Below are positions 1 to 14,211 of a stretch of DNA of 64,000 nt, one piece after another (the first letter of the stretch is position 1; each line of letters begins with the position of its first letter). The notes under the pieces are model-generated. The model searched no databases. It saw only the letters and a program-made list of their open reading frames with translations, and had not been told where the DNA came from. The stretch lies in NCBI RefSeq assembly GCF_058153355.1, contig NZ_CM177019.1; one strand, 5' to 3'. The translations under genes were made by a program, and so were the position numbers.

Positions 1-484
1 CGAGTGGCTGATGGCGGATGATAAAAACCAGCGCGAGAACATGCTGGTGGTGGAAGATATTTGCCAACGATTGCAGGCCGATACCCAGACGCTGGATGTT
101 TTACCGCCGCAGGTACTGCGTCTGCGTAAAGTGCAGCATCTGCGCCGCTGTATCTGGACTTCACTCAACAAAGCGGATGATGTGATCTGTTTACATCAGT
201 TGCAGCCAACGGCCGCGGTTGCGGGCTTACCGCGTGACCTGGCGCGGCAGTTTATCGCCCGTCACGAACCGTTCACCCGTGAATGGTATGCCGGTTCCGC
301 GGGCTATCTTTCGTTACAACAAAGCGAATTCTGCGTTTCCCTGCGCTCAGCAAAAATTAGCGGCAATGTCGTGCGGTTATATGCTGGCGCGGGCATTGTC
401 CGTGGCTCCGACCCCGAGCAAGAGTGGCAGGAAATCGACAACAAAGCGGCAGGGCTGCGTACTTTATTACAAATGGAAGAGTAA
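1..484 (+). CDS. menF: isochorismate synthase MenF, 3' portion (gene starts upstream of window)
   Basis: ORF in frame from window start to stop at 482-484; followed by menDHBCE in K-12 order; protein recognised from memory. Confidence 0.8.
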   Translation, partial: EWLMADDKNQRENMLVVEDICQRLQADTQTLDVLPPQVLRLRKVQHLRRCIWTSLNKADDVICLHQLQPTAAVAGLPRDLARQFIARHEPFTREWYAGSAGYLSLQQSEFCVSLRSAKISGNVVRLYAGAGIVRGSDPEQEWQEIDNKAAGLRTLLQMEE

Positions 485-569
485 TGAGTCGCATCATTAC
501 CGATTCATATCAATAATCTATTTTTGTAGCTCCTTATACTTAGCCGCAATATTGATACCGGACAAACTC

Positions 570-2240
570 ATGTCAGTAAGCGCATTTAACCGACGCTGGG
601 CGGCGGTCATTCTGGAAGCATTAACGCGTCACGGCGTCAGACACATTTGTATCGCCCCTGGCTCGCGTTCTACACCGTTAACGTTAGCAGCGGCGGAGAA
701 TTCCGCCTTTATTCACCACACCCATTTTGATGAGCGTGGACTGGGGCATCTGGCGCTGGGGCTGGCGAAAGTCAGCAAGCAGCCGGTGGCGGTGATAGTG
801 ACCTCCGGTACGGCGGTTGCGAATCTCTATCCGGCATTGATTGAAGCTGGGTTAACCGGAGAAAAACTGATCCTGCTAACCGCCGATCGCCCGCCGGAGC
901 TCATTGACTGCGGCGCGAATCAGGCGATTCGTCAGCCGGGAATGTTCGCTTCTCATCCTACGCATAGCATTTCACTGCCGCGCCCGACGCAGGATATTTC
1001 TGCCCGTTGGCTGGTCTCTACTATCGACCACGCCCTTGGTACGCTTCATGCTGGAGGAGTTCATATCAACTGCCCGTTTGCTGAACCGCTATATGGCGAG
1101 ATGGACGACACCGGGCTTAGTTGGCAACAGCGTCTTGGCGACTGGTGGCAGGACGATAAACCGTGGCTGCGTGAAGCGCCTCGTCTGGAAAGTGAAAAAC
1201 AGCGTGACTGGTTCTTCTGGCGACAAAAGCGCGGCGTGGTAGTTGCTGGTCGCATGAGTGCGGAAGAGGGCAAAAAAGTTGCTCTGTGGGCGCAAACTCT
1301 TGGCTGGCCGCTGATTGGCGACGTCCTGTCGCAAACCGGACAGCCGCTGCCGTGTGCCGATCTCTGGTTAGGCAATGCCAAAGCGACAAGCGAACTGCAA
1401 CAGGCGCAGATTGTGGTGCAACTGGGCAGCAGCCTGACGGGCAAACGGCTCCTGCAATGGCAGGCAAGCTGTGAACCAGAAGAGTACTGGATTGTTGATG
1501 ACATTGAAGGGCGACTTGATCCGGCACACCATCGCGGACGCCGCTTAATTGCCAATATTGCCGACTGGCTGGAGCTGCATCCGGCAGAAAAACGCCAGCC
1601 CTGGTGCGTTGAAATCCCGCGCCTGGCGGAACAGGCAATGCAGGCGGTTATTGCCCGTCGCGATGCGTTTGGCGAAGCGCAACTGGCGCATCGCATCAGC
1701 GACTATTTGCCGGAACAGGGGCAACTGTTTGTTGGCAACAGCCTGGTGGTACGTCTGATTGATGCGCTTTCGCAACTTCCGGCGGGTTACCCGGTGTATA
1801 GCAACCGTGGGGCCAGCGGTATTGACGGGCTGCTATCTACTGCCGCAGGCGTTCAGCGGGCCAGTGGCAAACCGACGCTGGCGATTGTGGGCGATCTCTC
1901 AGCACTTTACGATCTCAATGCGCTGGCGCTATTGCGCCAGGTTTCCGCGCCGCTGGTATTAATTGTGGTGAACAACAACGGCGGGCAAATTTTCTCGCTG
2001 CTGCCGACACCGAAAAGCGAGCGTGAGCGTTTCTATCTGATGCCGCAAAACGTCCATTTTGAGCACGCCGCCGCGATGTTCGAGCTGAAATATCATCGTC
2101 CGCAAAACTGGCAGGAACTTGAAACGGCACTTGCCGACGCCTGGCGCACGCCGACCACCACGGTAATTGAAATGGTGGTTAATGACACCGATGGTGCGCA
2201 AACCCTCCAGCAACTGCTGGCGCAGGTAAGCCATTTATGA
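570..2240 (+). CDS. menD: SEPHCHC synthase MenD (556 aa)
   Basis: Track ORF 219..2240 trimmed to internal ATG giving N-terminus [10 protein letters not shown]; thiamine-diphosphate enzyme-like sequence; synteny. Confidence 0.9.
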   Translation: MSVSAFNRRWAAVILEALTRHGVRHICIAPGSRSTPLTLAAAENSAFIHHTHFDERGLGHLALGLAKVSKQPVAVIVTSGTAVANLYPALIEAGLTGEKLILLTADRPPELIDCGANQAIRQPGMFASHPTHSISLPRPTQDISARWLVSTIDHALGTLHAGGVHINCPFAEPLYGEMDDTGLSWQQRLGDWWQDDKPWLREAPRLESEKQRDWFFWRQKRGVVVAGRMSAEEGKKVALWAQTLGWPLIGDVLSQTGQPLPCADLWLGNAKATSELQQAQIVVQLGSSLTGKRLLQWQASCEPEEYWIVDDIEGRLDPAHHRGRRLIANIADWLELHPAEKRQPWCVEIPRLAEQAMQAVIARRDAFGEAQLAHRISDYLPEQGQLFVGNSLVVRLIDALSQLPAGYPVYSNRGASGIDGLLSTAAGVQRASGKPTLAIVGDLSALYDLNALALLRQVSAPLVLIVVNNNGGQIFSLLPTPKSERERFYLMPQNVHFEHAAAMFELKYHRPQNWQELETALADAWRTPTTTVIEMVVNDTDGAQTLQQLLAQVSHL

Positions 2241-2995
2241 TCCTGCACGCGCAGGCAAAACACGGCAAACCAGGTTTACCCTGGCTGGTGTTTTTGCACG
2301 GTTTTTCCGGCGATTGCCAGGAATGGCAAGAAGTGGGCGAGGCGTTTGCCGACTACTCGCGGTTGTATGTTGATCTCCCTGGTCACGGTGGTTCGGCAGC
2401 AATTAGCGTCGATGGATTTGATGATGTCACCGGCTTACTGCGTAAAACTCTGGTTAGTTACAACATCCTTAACTTCTGGCTGGTGGGGTACTCGCTCGGC
2501 GGACGGGTGGCGATGATGGCGGCTTGCCAGGGGATGGCGGGGCTTTGTGGCGTGATTGTCGAAGGTGGGCATCCCGGGCTGCAAAGTGCTGAACAACGCA
2601 CGGAACGTCTGCTTTCCGATCGCCAATGGGCGCAGCGTTTTCGCACAGAACCATTAACGGCGGTATTTGCCGACTGGTATCAACAGCCTGTCTTTGCCTC
2701 GCTCAATGACGATCAACGCCGGGAGCTGGTGGCGCTGCGTAGCCACAATAACGGTGTAACGCTTGCTACTATGCTGGAGGCCACTTCTCTCGCCGTCCAG
2801 CCTGATTTACGTGCTAACCTTAGCGCCCGCACATTTGCGTTTTATTATTTATGTGGTGAACGTGACAGCAAATTCCGCGCTCTGGCGGCGGAACTGGCTG
2901 CCGACTGCCATGTCATTCCTCGCGCCGGACATAACGCGCACCGGGAAAATCCCGCTGGCGTAATCGCAAGTCTGGCGCAGATCTTGCGTTTCTGA
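2237..2995 (+). CDS. menH: SHCHC synthase MenH (alpha/beta hydrolase, 252 aa)
   Basis: 4-bp overlap with menD stop; GYSLGG nucleophile-elbow motif; synteny. Confidence 0.9.
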   Translation: MILHAQAKHGKPGLPWLVFLHGFSGDCQEWQEVGEAFADYSRLYVDLPGHGGSAAISVDGFDDVTGLLRKTLVSYNILNFWLVGYSLGGRVAMMAACQGMAGLCGVIVEGGHPGLQSAEQRTERLLSDRQWAQRFRTEPLTAVFADWYQQPVFASLNDDQRRELVALRSHNNGVTLATMLEATSLAVQPDLRANLSARTFAFYYLCGERDSKFRALAAELAADCHVIPRAGHNAHRENPAGVIASLAQILRF

Positions 2996-3009
2996 CTAAA
3001 GGACACAAT

Positions 3010-3867
3010 ATGATTTATCCTGATGAAGCAATGCTTTACGCACCGGTTGAATGGCACGACTGCTCCGAAGGTTTCGAGGACATTCGTTATGAAAAATCCA
3101 CCGACGGTATCGCAAAAATCACCATTAATCGTCCGCAGGTGCGCAATGCCTTCCGTCCACTGACGGTCAAAGAGATGATCCAGGCACTGGCAGATGCGCG
3201 TTATGACGACAACATCGGCGTGATCATTCTGACTGGTGCAGGCGATAAAGCGTTCTGCTCTGGTGGCGACCAGAAAGTGCGTGGCGATTACGGCGGCTAT
3301 AAAGATGATTCCGGCGTACATCATCTGAATGTGCTGGACTTCCAGCGTCAGATCCGTACCTGTCCGAAACCGGTTGTCGCGATGGTAGCAGGTTACTCCA
3401 TCGGCGGCGGTCACGTTCTGCACATGATGTGCGACCTGACCATCGCGGCGGAAAACGCCATCTTCGGTCAGACTGGTCCGAAAGTCGGTTCCTTCGATGG
3501 CGGCTGGGGCGCTTCCTATATGGCGCGCATTGTTGGGCAGAAAAAAGCGCGTGAAATCTGGTTCCTGTGCCGTCAGTACGACGCGAAACAAGCGCTGGAT
3601 ATGGGCCTTGTGAACACCGTTGTGCCGCTGGCAGATCTGGAAAAAGAAACCGTGCGTTGGTGCCGCGAAATGCTGCAAAACAGCCCGATGGCGCTGCGTT
3701 GCCTGAAAGCTGCGCTGAACGCTGACTGTGACGGTCAGGCGGGTCTGCAGGAACTGGCGGGCAACGCCACCATGCTGTTCTACATGACGGAAGAAGGTCA
3801 GGAAGGTCGCAACGCCTTCAACCAGAAACGTCAGCCTGACTTCAGCAAATTTAAACGGAATCCGTAA
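3010..3867 (+). CDS. menB: 1,4-dihydroxy-2-naphthoyl-CoA synthase MenB (285 aa)
   Basis: Crotonase-fold sequence; synteny. Confidence 0.93.
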   Translation: MIYPDEAMLYAPVEWHDCSEGFEDIRYEKSTDGIAKITINRPQVRNAFRPLTVKEMIQALADARYDDNIGVIILTGAGDKAFCSGGDQKVRGDYGGYKDDSGVHHLNVLDFQRQIRTCPKPVVAMVAGYSIGGGHVLHMMCDLTIAAENAIFGQTGPKVGSFDGGWGASYMARIVGQKKAREIWFLCRQYDAKQALDMGLVNTVVPLADLEKETVRWCREMLQNSPMALRCLKAALNADCDGQAGLQELAGNATMLFYMTEEGQEGRNAFNQKRQPDFSKFKRNP

Positions 3868-4829
3868 TGCGTAGCGCGCAGGTATACCGCTGGCAGATCC
3901 CCATGGACGCGGGGGTGGTTCTGCGCGACAGGCGGTTAAAAACCCGCGACGGGCTGTATGTTTGCCTGCGTGAGGGCGAGCGCGAAGGGTGGGGGGAGAT
4001 CTCCCCACTACCGGGCTTCAGCCAGGAAACATGGGAAGAGGCACAAAGCGTGCTGCTTGCCTGGGTAAATAACTGGCTGGCAGGTGATAGCGAGCTACCG
4101 CAAATGCCTTCCGTCGCCTTTGGCGTAAGCTGTGCATTGGCGGAGCTGGCAGACACGCTCCCGCAGGCAGCCAATTATCGTGCTGCGCCGCTGTGTAATG
4201 GCGATCCTGACGATCTGATCCTCAAACTTGCCGATATGCCAGGTGAGAAAGTGGCGAAGGTCAAAGTGGGATTGTACGAAGCCGTGCGCGACGGCATGGT
4301 GGTCAATCTGTTGCTGGAGGCAATTCCGGATCTGCATTTGCGTCTTGACGCGAATCGCGCCTGGACACCGCTGAAAGGCCAGCAGTTTGCCAAATACGTT
4401 AACCCGGATTATCGCCACCGCATCGCGTTTCTCGAAGAGCCGTGCAAAACCCGCGATGATTCGCGAGCGTTTGCCCGTGAAACCGGCATTGCCATTGCCT
4501 GGGATGAAAGCTTGCGCGAGCCGGATTTTGCCTTTGTCGCTGAACAGGGCGTGCGCGCGGTAGTTATCAAACCCACGCTCACGGGCAGCCTGGAGAAAGT
4601 ACGTGAGCAGGTGCAGGCGGCGCACGCGCTGGGGCTGACGGCGGTGATCAGTTCATCTATTGAGTCGAGCTTAGGCTTAACGCAACTGGCGCGGATTGCT
4701 GCCTGGTTAACACCAGACACCATTCCGGGGCTGGACACGCTGGATCTGATGCAGGCGCAGCAGGTTCGTCGCTGGCCGGGTAGCACGCTGCCTTTTGTCG
4801 ACGTTGATGCACTGGAGCGGTTGTTATGA
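3867..4829 (+). CDS. menC: o-succinylbenzoate synthase MenC (320 aa)
   Basis: Start overlaps menB stop; enolase-superfamily-like sequence; synteny. Confidence 0.9.
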   Translation: MRSAQVYRWQIPMDAGVVLRDRRLKTRDGLYVCLREGEREGWGEISPLPGFSQETWEEAQSVLLAWVNNWLAGDSELPQMPSVAFGVSCALAELADTLPQAANYRAAPLCNGDPDDLILKLADMPGEKVAKVKVGLYEAVRDGMVVNLLLEAIPDLHLRLDANRAWTPLKGQQFAKYVNPDYRHRIAFLEEPCKTRDDSRAFARETGIAIAWDESLREPDFAFVAEQGVRAVVIKPTLTGSLEKVREQVQAAHALGLTAVISSSIESSLGLTQLARIAAWLTPDTIPGLDTLDLMQAQQVRRWPGSTLPFVDVDALERLL

Positions 4830-6181
4830 TCTTCTCTGACTGGCCGTGGCGTCATTGGCGGCAAGTGCGGGGAGAAGCCATCGCCTTACGTCTCAATGAT
4901 GAGCAACTCAACTGGCGCGAGCTTTGTGTTCATGTCGATGAATTAGCCTCCGGCTTTGCGGCGCAGGGCGTGGTTGAGGGCAGCGGCGTGATGTTGCGGG
5001 CGTGGAATACGCCGCAAACGCTGCTCTCCTGGCTGGCGCTACTGCAATGCGGAGCGCGGGTGCTGCCCGTGAATCCACAGTTGCCGCAACCGTTGCTTGA
5101 GGAATTGTTGCCCAATCTGACGCTGCAATTTGCACTTGTGCCGGAAGGGGAAAACACATTTTCGGCGTTAACGTCGCTGCATATTCAGCAGGTTGAAGGC
5201 GTACATGCCGCTGCGTGGCAGCCGACGCGTCTGTGCTCAATGACGTTGACCTCCGGCTCTACCGGTTTGCCGAAAGCCGCTGTTCATACTTATCAGGCCC
5301 ATCTTGCCAGTGCGCAAGGTGTGTTATCGCTGATACCGTTTGGCGAGCACGATGACTGGTTGCTCTCTTTACCGCTGTTTCACGTCTCCGGTCAGGGAAT
5401 TATGTGGCGCTGGTTATACGCTGGTGCGCGGATGACGGTACGTGATAAACAGCCGTTGGATCACATGCTGGCAGGCTGTACTCACGCATCGCTGGTGCCG
5501 ACGCAGCTCTGGCGTTTGCTGGTTAACCGCAGTTCCGTTTCCCTGAAAGCAGTGTTGCTTGGCGGCGCGGCGATCCCGGTCGAGTTGACGGAACAGGCGC
5601 GCGAGCAGGGTATTCGTTGCTTTTGTGGCTATGGTCTGACCGAGTTTGCTTCCACGGTGTGTGCGAAAGAAGCCGACGGTCTGGCGGACGTCGGTTCGCC
5701 GCTGCCCGGTCGGGAAGTGAAAATCGTTAACGATGAAGTGTGGCTGCGGGCTGCCAGCATGGCAGAAGGTTACTGGCGTAATGGACAACTGGTGCCGCTG
5801 CTCAATGACGAAGGCTGGTACGCTACGCGCGATCGCGGCGAGATGCATAACGGTAAACTGACCATTGTCGGGCGCTTAGATAATCTATTCTTCAGTGGTG
5901 GCGAGGGTATTCAGCCGGAAGAGGTGGAGCGTGTAATTGCTGCACATCCTGCGGTTTTGCAGGTGTTTATCGTCCCCGTTGCGGACAAGGAGTTTGGTCA
6001 TCGACCGGTAGCGGTGGTGGAGTATGACCATCAAAGCGTTGATCTCAGCGAATGGGTGAAAGATAAGCTGGCCCGTTTTCAACAACCGGTGCGCTGGCTG
6101 ACTTTGCCGCCGGAGCTGAAAAACGGCGGTATTAAAATTTCACGTCAGGCGTTAAAAGAATGGGTGCAACGTCAGCAATAA
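4826..6181 (+). CDS. menE: o-succinylbenzoate-CoA ligase MenE (451 aa)
   Basis: 4-bp overlap with menC; adenylate-forming enzyme motif TSGSTGLPK; synteny. Confidence 0.9.
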   Translation: MIFSDWPWRHWRQVRGEAIALRLNDEQLNWRELCVHVDELASGFAAQGVVEGSGVMLRAWNTPQTLLSWLALLQCGARVLPVNPQLPQPLLEELLPNLTLQFALVPEGENTFSALTSLHIQQVEGVHAAAWQPTRLCSMTLTSGSTGLPKAAVHTYQAHLASAQGVLSLIPFGEHDDWLLSLPLFHVSGQGIMWRWLYAGARMTVRDKQPLDHMLAGCTHASLVPTQLWRLLVNRSSVSLKAVLLGGAAIPVELTEQAREQGIRCFCGYGLTEFASTVCAKEADGLADVGSPLPGREVKIVNDEVWLRAASMAEGYWRNGQLVPLLNDEGWYATRDRGEMHNGKLTIVGRLDNLFFSGGEGIQPEEVERVIAAHPAVLQVFIVPVADKEFGHRPVAVVEYDHQSVDLSEWVKDKLARFQQPVRWLTLPPELKNGGIKISRQALKEWVQRQQ

Positions 6182-6293
6182 TTATTGACTCTCCATTTCA
6201 CTTCTCATTTCTGCCATTCCATTGCCGTTGATGAAGAGTTTATCTGTTAATCTGTAAATTGATGTGAAAACTCTTAGCAAACAGGATAATGCA

Positions 6294-6560
6294 ATGGAAT
6301 GGCTGGTCAAAAAATCGTGCAGCGATAAACAAGATAACAGACATGTACTTATGCTCTGCGATGCTGGCGGCGCGATAAAAATGATCGCCGAAGTGAAGAG
6401 TGACTTCGCCGTGAAAGTGGGCGATTTACTCTCCCCTTTGCAGAATGCGCTTTACTGTATTAATCGTGAAAAGCTGCACACGGTGAAGGTCCTCTCGGCA
6501 AGCAGTTACAGCCCCGATGAGTGGGAACGGCAGTGTAAAGCGGCAGGGAAAACTCAGTAA
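6294..6560 (+). CDS. pmrD: signal transduction protein PmrD (88 aa)
   Basis: Track ORF 6264..6560 trimmed to ATG with AGGA RBS (MEWLVKK...); located between menE and the arn operon as in K-12. Confidence 0.8.
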   Translation: MEWLVKKSCSDKQDNRHVLMLCDAGGAIKMIAEVKSDFAVKVGDLLSPLQNALYCINREKLHTVKVLSASSYSPDEWERQCKAAGKTQ

Positions 6561-6940
6561 CGTTGTTTTGTCGTGGGCAGGAAAATCAACATCAACCCGC
6601 TCATAATACAAGCAACTCCCAGTAGTGCCTTCAGCGAAAAAGTTCCTTCCCAGCCGGGAAGTACCATAGATGCAATCCATACCAGCACATAACTCATACT
6701 GAGTAAGGCATAGGCTTTGCTTAGTGCAAGTTTATGTAGCGTTTTGTACCAACAAAAAACGGAAAGCAGATAACCCAGCAGCCCAAGCAACAGTATCCGT
6801 GCCTCCAGGCCAAAAGCTAACAGCGCCGCGATAAAATCCCATAAGTGCGTCATCGGCGGCAGATGACTCGCCGCAAAACCGAGGCTTAATTGCGCAACTG
6901 AGGCAATAATGACGCTGAATAATCCCCACACCAGACCCAT
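6554..6940 (-). CDS. arnF: undecaprenyl-phosphate-aminoarabinose flippase subunit ArnF (128 aa)
   Basis: Track ORF 6554..6994 trimmed to [10 protein letters not shown]...; small membrane protein; start overlaps arnE stop. Confidence 0.8.
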   Translation of the reverse strand: MGLVWGLFSVIIASVAQLSLGFAASHLPPMTHLWDFIAALLAFGLEARILLLGLLGYLLSVFCWYKTLHKLALSKAYALLSMSYVLVWIASMVLPGWEGTFSLKALLGVACIMSGLMLIFLPTTKQRY

Positions 6941-7275
6941 TACACCGTACTCCCGAGGATCACAATGCCGCCAATAATGAACGCTACTCCACACCAGTGA
7001 CGCAGCGATACTGGCTCATGCCACAGTTTAACCGCAGCCAGCGTCACCCAGACAAAATTCAGACTCAACATCGGGTAGGCAATGCCCACTGGCACGTTTT
7101 GCAAGACCAGCAGCCAGAGCACCATCGCAAGGCCAAGACAAGCCAGCGCCAGTCCCAGCCACAGCACGATATGTTTGCGCCGTTTGTTTATCGCCACAAA
7201 GCAGGTTGCTTGTTTCTGACACAACTGCCCGGCAACGCTAAGCAAGCTGGCAAAGACTAATGTTAGCCAGATCAT
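6940..7275 (-). CDS. arnE: flippase subunit ArnE (111 aa)
   Basis: Small hydrophobic protein; operon position. Confidence 0.8.
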   Translation of the reverse strand: MIWLTLVFASLLSVAGQLCQKQATCFVAINKRRKHIVLWLGLALACLGLAMVLWLLVLQNVPVGIAYPMLSLNFVWVTLAAVKLWHEPVSLRHWCGVAFIIGGIVILGSTV

Positions 7276-8924
7276 TTGGGCCGATACTGAATCAGCACCA
7301 GACGCTCCTGACGATCGATGGCATCTGCGGGCGGAATGGCGAGACTGTTGATATCTTCATCGCGGTCAACCGAAAGCACGAGTGTAATAACCCCCTCCTG
7401 ACGATGTTGATTAAGCCAGTTTGCGAACTCATCACCGCTGACAAATCTCCCTTTCGCATCCGGATAATTTAGGCCGTATTTCAATTCCCCTGTCTGGCGA
7501 TACATGATGATGTCATCACGTCTCAGGCTCCATGCCAGACCAGCAGCAACGCCGACGCTATCGGTAAGAATATAGCGGCTTGGCTGCAGTGATTCTTGTG
7601 TCGTCTCGACAAAAAATTGCGGATGTTTTCCTTCCATGACTCTGTCAGGAATTGAAAATCCTACCAGCAACGCCAGCCCAAGCGGGCAAAGTGCGGCAAA
7701 AGGCCAGTTTTTTTCGACGTTTGTTAAGGTATACCAGCCGAAAAATGCCCATAGCGAAAAAATCGACCATGCACAGAAGACTTTATAGCTCTCGAAGGTT
7801 TGCCACACCGGCGTGCTCATAGGTCCCCAGGGGGAGACCACAAACGTAGCAATAATGCCAGTGACGCCAAAAGCGATGTTAATCCAGCCATTAATCCGCA
7901 ACGCCAGAGGATTATTTTTTGCTGCCAGCAAAGCGTAATGCGCCATCAGCATTGCCAGAGGTGCAAAGCAGGAAAGAATATAGGTGGGTAATTTGCCTTT
8001 GGCGACAGAGAAAAACAGCAGTGGCATTACCGTCCAGCTCAACAAATAGACGGTTGCGGAATGATTGCGGTTTTTCCAGCCAGCATACAGTGCACCGGGG
8101 AGTAATCCTAACCACGGCAGGCTACCGGCAATGATGACCGGCAAGTAGTACCAGAACGGAGCTCTATGCTGAGCATCATCCATTGCAAAGCGTTGAATAT
8201 GCTCAACCCAGAAAAAATAGTGCCAGAAGTCAGGCTCCCGCTGCGCTATCGCCAGTCCCCAGGGGAGAACCGTCAGTACGCAACTGATAACCGCCAGCCA
8301 GCCGTAAATAAAGAGATCTTTCCAGCGTTTTTGCGTTGCAACCCATGGCAGCACGCTTAATACCGGCACGGCAAGGGCGAGAAAACCTTTGGTCATCACC
8401 CCCATGCCGCAGGTGATTCCCAGCAGTAAAAATCCCGCGCTTTTGCCTTTCCACGTTTGTGCCTGCATTGCCAGCCAGAAGCTGCACATTCCCGCCACCA
8501 GCCAGAATGCAATAAACGGATCGAGCACGGCATAAGTGCCAATGGCATAGACAATAAACAGTGAGAGATAAATCACTGCGGCGAGTAGAGCCAGACGTTT
8601 ATCGCGCCATAAGCGCAGAGTAAACCAGGTCACCAGCGCGGCAGTTAACAGGGTCGCAAAGATAACGCCTGCCCGCACACCAAAGTTATTTGCGCCAAAT
8701 AGCCATTGCCCAATACTGTTAATCCAGTATCCGGCAATGGGTTTTTCGAAATAACGTAGCCCTAACATATGGGGCACAATCCAGTCGCCGGATGCCAGCA
8801 TTTCCCGACTGATTTCCGCATAACGCGTTTCATCTGGTTGCCAGAGCAGACGCGTGCTGATCGGTAACAGGTAATAGCAGGCAATAAACGCGAAGAGGCC
8901 GATAAGGTAACGTACCGATTTCAT
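7272..8924 (-). CDS. arnT: 4-amino-4-deoxy-L-arabinose transferase ArnT (550 aa)
   Basis: Track ORF 7272..8951 trimmed to [11 protein letters not shown]...; polytopic membrane protein; synteny. Confidence 0.85.
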   Translation of the reverse strand: MKSVRYLIGLFAFIACYYLLPISTRLLWQPDETRYAEISREMLASGDWIVPHMLGLRYFEKPIAGYWINSIGQWLFGANNFGVRAGVIFATLLTAALVTWFTLRLWRDKRLALLAAVIYLSLFIVYAIGTYAVLDPFIAFWLVAGMCSFWLAMQAQTWKGKSAGFLLLGITCGMGVMTKGFLALAVPVLSVLPWVATQKRWKDLFIYGWLAVISCVLTVLPWGLAIAQREPDFWHYFFWVEHIQRFAMDDAQHRAPFWYYLPVIIAGSLPWLGLLPGALYAGWKNRNHSATVYLLSWTVMPLLFFSVAKGKLPTYILSCFAPLAMLMAHYALLAAKNNPLALRINGWINIAFGVTGIIATFVVSPWGPMSTPVWQTFESYKVFCAWSIFSLWAFFGWYTLTNVEKNWPFAALCPLGLALLVGFSIPDRVMEGKHPQFFVETTQESLQPSRYILTDSVGVAAGLAWSLRRDDIIMYRQTGELKYGLNYPDAKGRFVSGDEFANWLNQHRQEGVITLVLSVDRDEDINSLAIPPADAIDRQERLVLIQYRPK

Positions 8925-9814
8925 CAGCGACGACCCGCAATTTGTTGGCAACCCAGCCAGCCTTCACGTCCGGCAATATTTCCGCGAACAACTTGTCCGA
9001 GCGGCAACGTCTCTGATAATAGTTCGCTTAAAGGGCAAAATATTACGCCTTCCTGGGTTGCACGTTTCAGGAGATCCACAAAATTATGCTGATAAGCACA
9101 GCCTTCAACTTCTGCATGAATGGTATAAACCGGCGTGCCTTTATCTCGTAGGATGCGGTTGAGTAACCAACCGTTAAAATCTTCAGCTTTCACATCCCGA
9201 CCAATCACTTCATCCCAGGTGGGTAAGGTCACCGGAATTTGCGCCGTGCCGGGTTTTCCTGTTTCGAGCAATGGACGAAACGGCATAGCCCCACGACAAT
9301 CGCTGTTGTAGCGCAAATGGAACGCTTCTTTTACTTCGATCACTTGCTGGTCGGCACGCCATCCAGCGGCAGCTGAGCAGGTTACCGGTTGGCCGATAAT
9401 CTCTCCCAGGGTGCTAAGGCCGCGTGCAATATCGTCGGTCATCGTTTGCCGATCCCAGTTACCGCTATGGGCTTGCCAGGCGTGATGATCCCAGGCGTGT
9501 AGGCCGACTTCGTGGTGTTTAGCCGCTTCTCGAATGATATCGGCATTGGCATGACCAATCTCTTTTCCTGGCCATGCCGTACCCGCCAGCAAAATATCCC
9601 AGCCATAAAGCGATGCTGCGTTTGAGCGCAGCATCTTCCACAAAAACTGTGGCTTCACCAGTCGCCAGAGATGGCGGCCCATATTGTCCGGGCCGACGCT
9701 GAAAAAAATGCTGGCCTGAATATTATGCTTACTCAAGATTTCCAGCAGACGTGGCACGCCTTCACGGGTGCCACGAAAGGTATCGACATCAATGCGTAAG
9801 CCTACTTTGGTCAT
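8924..9814 (-). CDS. arnD: deformylase ArnD (296 aa)
   Basis: Polysaccharide-deacetylase-like sequence; synteny. Confidence 0.85.
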   Translation of the reverse strand: MTKVGLRIDVDTFRGTREGVPRLLEILSKHNIQASIFFSVGPDNMGRHLWRLVKPQFLWKMLRSNAASLYGWDILLAGTAWPGKEIGHANADIIREAAKHHEVGLHAWDHHAWQAHSGNWDRQTMTDDIARGLSTLGEIIGQPVTCSAAAGWRADQQVIEVKEAFHLRYNSDCRGAMPFRPLLETGKPGTAQIPVTLPTWDEVIGRDVKAEDFNGWLLNRILRDKGTPVYTIHAEVEGCAYQHNFVDLLKRATQEGVIFCPLSELLSETLPLGQVVRGNIAGREGWLGCQQIAGRR

Positions 9815-11792
9815 GATTGTTTATCCGTAAGATCGACGGTGCGCAGGAAAAAATCCAGCGTTTCGTCGATGGTTTCCTGCATATCAATTTTCGGTTCCCA
9901 GTCCAGGCAACGGCGGGCATTGCGGATGCTCGGTTTACGATGCTCTACGTCCTGATATCCTTTACCGTAGTAACTGCTACTTTCGACCACGCGAAAGCCT
10001 GCAAATGGTGGGAAGTGATGGCGCAGCGGATGTTTTTCGAAGCTCGCCAGCAGCATTTCGCCCAGTTCCTCAATGCTCGCTTCGTTATCAGGATTGCCAA
10101 TATTGATAATTTCGCCGTCGCAGCGATTGCCTGCATTTTCGATAATGCGATACAACGCTTCAATGCCATCCCGGATATCAGTAAAGCAGCGTTTTTGTTT
10201 TCCGCCATCAATCAGCTTAATCGGTGAACCTTCTACCAGATTGAGAATGAGTTGCGTAATAGCGCGGGAGCTGCCAATTCGCGCTGCATTAAGGTTATCC
10301 AGTCGTGGCCCCATCCAGTTAAACGGGCGGAAGAGGGTAAACTGTAAACCCTCTTTTTCGCCATAGGCCCAGATCACTCGATCAAGTAATTGTTTAGACA
10401 CCGAATAAATCCAGCGTGGTTTATTCACCGGGCCGACGATTAAATTAGAATGGTCTTCATCGAAGTATTTATCGCTACACATCCCATAAACTTCTGAAGT
10501 CGACGGGAAGATGATTCGCTTACGGTACTTCACGCAGTAACGGATAATGCGTAGATTCTCTTCAAAATCGAGTTCAAAGACGCGCAGCGGGTTGCGGGTA
10601 TATTCAATCGGCGTGGCTATTGCCACCAGCGGCAAGACGACATCACATTTTTTGACGTGATATTCAATCCATTCGGAATGGATACTGATATCGCCTTCGA
10701 CAAAGTGAAAATGCGGATGATTCAGAAAACGGCTTATCGCATCGCTGCCGATATCCAGACCGTAAACTTCATAATGATCTTCGCGCAGCAGGCGTTCTGT
10801 CAGATGGTTGCCAATAAAGCCATTCACCCCGAGGATGAGTACCCGAGTACGGCGTCGGGCGGTGCAGGCAGGCTGGCTATTCAAGCGTGAACCTTGCACC
10901 AGACCCAGCGACTGCGCTAACTGCGAGCCTTGCATAGTAATGCCGTCTCCCGCCTGTCCGGTGACGATTTCCAGCGCGCCATCGCCACAGGCAATCAGCA
11001 GTGGCGCAACAGAAATCACGCTCCCCGGTTGTGCTGCGGGCGCATGAGAATGCACGCGTGACGACCAGACGGTAAATTTTTGATTACCAACATAGCTGAA
11101 GGCACCCGGCCACGGATCGGCGACGGCACGCACCATGTTATGCAATACTGCTGCCGGTTTATGCCACTCGAGGAAACTGTCTTCCGGTGTTCTGCGACCA
11201 AAACAGGTGGCTTCGTTTTCGCGCTGGGCGATTTCCAGAATATTACCGTCTTTAATGGCGGGTAATGTCTGCTCCAGTAGCTGGCGCGCGGCATGGCATA
11301 ACTTGTGATGAAGCGTAATGGCGATATCGTCTGGCGCAATGGCAATGCGCAATTGGGCCACAATGGCCCCAGCATCGGCACGTTTCACCATTCGGTGCAA
11401 TGTCACGCCAGTTTCCGTTTCACCGTTCACCAGCACCCAGTTCAGCGGCGCGCGACCACGATATTTTGGTAACAGCGAACCATGCAGATTAAATGCGCCT
11501 GCAGGGGCGAGCTGCAAAATCTCGTCGTGAATAAGATGGCGATAATAAAACGAGAAAATCACCTCCGGCGACATTTGGGCAATGCGCTCCACCCATAGTG
11601 GATGATTAACGTTATCCGGCGCGTAAACCGGAATGCCTCTTTCCGCTGCAAGTCGGGCAACCGAACCATAAAAGGCTTTTTCACCGGGATTATCAGTATG
11701 AGTAAAAATAGCGCTAATTTCGTAACCGGCAGCCAGCAGGGCTTCAATACCGAGGCATCCCATATCGTGGTAAGCAAAAACGACAGTTTTCA

Positions 11793-11793
<1 letters not shown>
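9811..11793 (-). CDS. arnA: bifunctional UDP-glucuronate decarboxylase / Ara4N formyltransferase ArnA (660 aa)
   Basis: N-terminal formyltransferase fold plus C-terminal NAD-binding [10 protein letters not shown]; synteny. Confidence 0.92.
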
Positions 11794-12764
<971 letters not shown>

Positions 12765-13904
12765 TTATTGTCCTGCGAGTTGCTGAAGGGCTGTGATGAC
12801 GCGGTCGGCATCGGCGGTGGTCATATCCGGGAACAGCGGCAACGAACAGATGCGTTCGCTATTCCATTCGGTATTCGGTAACGACAGCTCGGGAAAACGC
12901 TCGCGATAATATTTTTGCGTGTGAGCGGCGCGGAAATGTAACCCGGTACCAATGCCTCTTTCTTTTAACGCTTCCATCAACGCATCGCGACTGATACCAC
13001 AACGTTGTTCATCGACACGAATAATAAACAGATGCCAGGCGTGAACGTGCGGCCAGGCGGGAAGGCTTAATGGCTCAAATGGGAGAGCTGCCAGAGCTTG
13101 CTGATATTGCAGAGCAATTTCGCGCCGACGGGTGTTGAGGTGCTCTAATTTGGCTAACTGGGTCAGGGCAATCGCGGCGTTAATATCGGTCAGATTATAC
13201 TTATAGCCCGGCGTTAAGACTTCAGCTTGCGGTGCACGGCCCCAGGTTTGTCTGTCATATGCATCGACACCCAGACCGTGAAATTTCAGCATCCGTAGCT
13301 GGCGGGCAAGGTTTTCATTATCAGTAACAATCAGGCCACCTTCCGCACAGGTAATATTTTTGATGGCGTGAAACGAAAAAATAGCGGTACCTTTTGCGCC
13401 AATATGTCGGCCTTTGTAATACGTACCGACGGCATGGGCAGCATCTTCGATAACTGCGATGCCGTAACGTTCGCCAATGGCGCGAATGGCGTCAATATCT
13501 GCTGGCGCACCGGCATAATGCACCGGAATGATGGCTTTAGTGCGTGGCGTAATGGCTGCTTCGATCGTTTCAGGCGTGACCATCAGCGTATCGCGGTCGA
13601 CATCCACCATTACCGGCGTTGCACCCAACAAGGAGATCATATTGAGGGTTGAAACCCAGGTCAGGGAAGGCGTAATCACTTCATCGCCCTTGCCAATTTC
13701 CAACGCCATTAGCGTGATATGCATTCCGGCGGTGGCTGAACTGACCGCGATGGCATGCTGATTTCCCGTCAACTGGCAAAAGGCTTGTTCAATCGCCTGA
13801 TTCTTCGGACCGGTTGTGATCCAACCGGATTCGAGAACCTCTTTAACTGCTGCGAGTTCCTCCACGCCCATTGCTGGTCGCGAAAAAGGCAAAAATTCTG
13901 ACAT
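12765..13904 (-). CDS. arnB: UDP-Ara4O aminotransferase ArnB
   Basis: Track ORF 12765..13937 (GTG start); start set at internal ATG ([10 protein letters not shown]...); upstream alternatives at 13922 and 13937 are possible. Confidence 0.85.
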   Translation of the reverse strand: MSEFLPFSRPAMGVEELAAVKEVLESGWITTGPKNQAIEQAFCQLTGNQHAIAVSSATAGMHITLMALEIGKGDEVITPSLTWVSTLNMISLLGATPVMVDVDRDTLMVTPETIEAAITPRTKAIIPVHYAGAPADIDAIRAIGERYGIAVIEDAAHAVGTYYKGRHIGAKGTAIFSFHAIKNITCAEGGLIVTDNENLARQLRMLKFHGLGVDAYDRQTWGRAPQAEVLTPGYKYNLTDINAAIALTQLAKLEHLNTRRREIALQYQQALAALPFEPLSLPAWPHVHAWHLFIIRVDEQRCGISRDALMEALKERGIGTGLHFRAAHTQKYYRERFPELSLPNTEWNSERICSLPLFPDMTTADADRVITALQQLAGQ

Positions 13905-14002
13905 TGCTTTTCCTTCCGCCATTGAATACCTGTCCACTTATATTTGCTATAAAGAGTGTTGTGTATATTTTGCCATTTGGAGCGAAATTCTAAGGATAGA
14001 AT

Positions 14003-14019
14003 ATTAACTTAACCTTAAG
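14003..14019 (-). promoter_or_regulatory. PmrA-box-like direct repeat CTTAAG-N5-GTTAAT upstream of arnB
   Basis: Minus-strand sequence CTTAAGGTTAAGTTAAT about 100 bp upstream of the arnB start; matches the YTTAAK-N5-YTTAAK pattern as I recall it. Confidence 0.45.
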
Positions 14020-14211
14020 AAATTAATATTAGACGTAAATATTGAAATTTTTATATTTTTTCTTATTTAGGCTTTGCATTTGGCAAAATTTTGAGGCATT
14101 TTGCCGGCATCGTAGGATTTTTAATATTACACCAACTGCTAATTATCGCCAGAAATGTCGCTCAATTTCACGGTAATTGTCTGGTTGCACTTGTCTATAG
14201 GTGGAGTTTAC

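Noticed and set aside
2845-4008. 387-aa minus-strand ORF
   Set aside because: Antisense to menH, menB and menC; no independent start signal; the sense genes are well supported.
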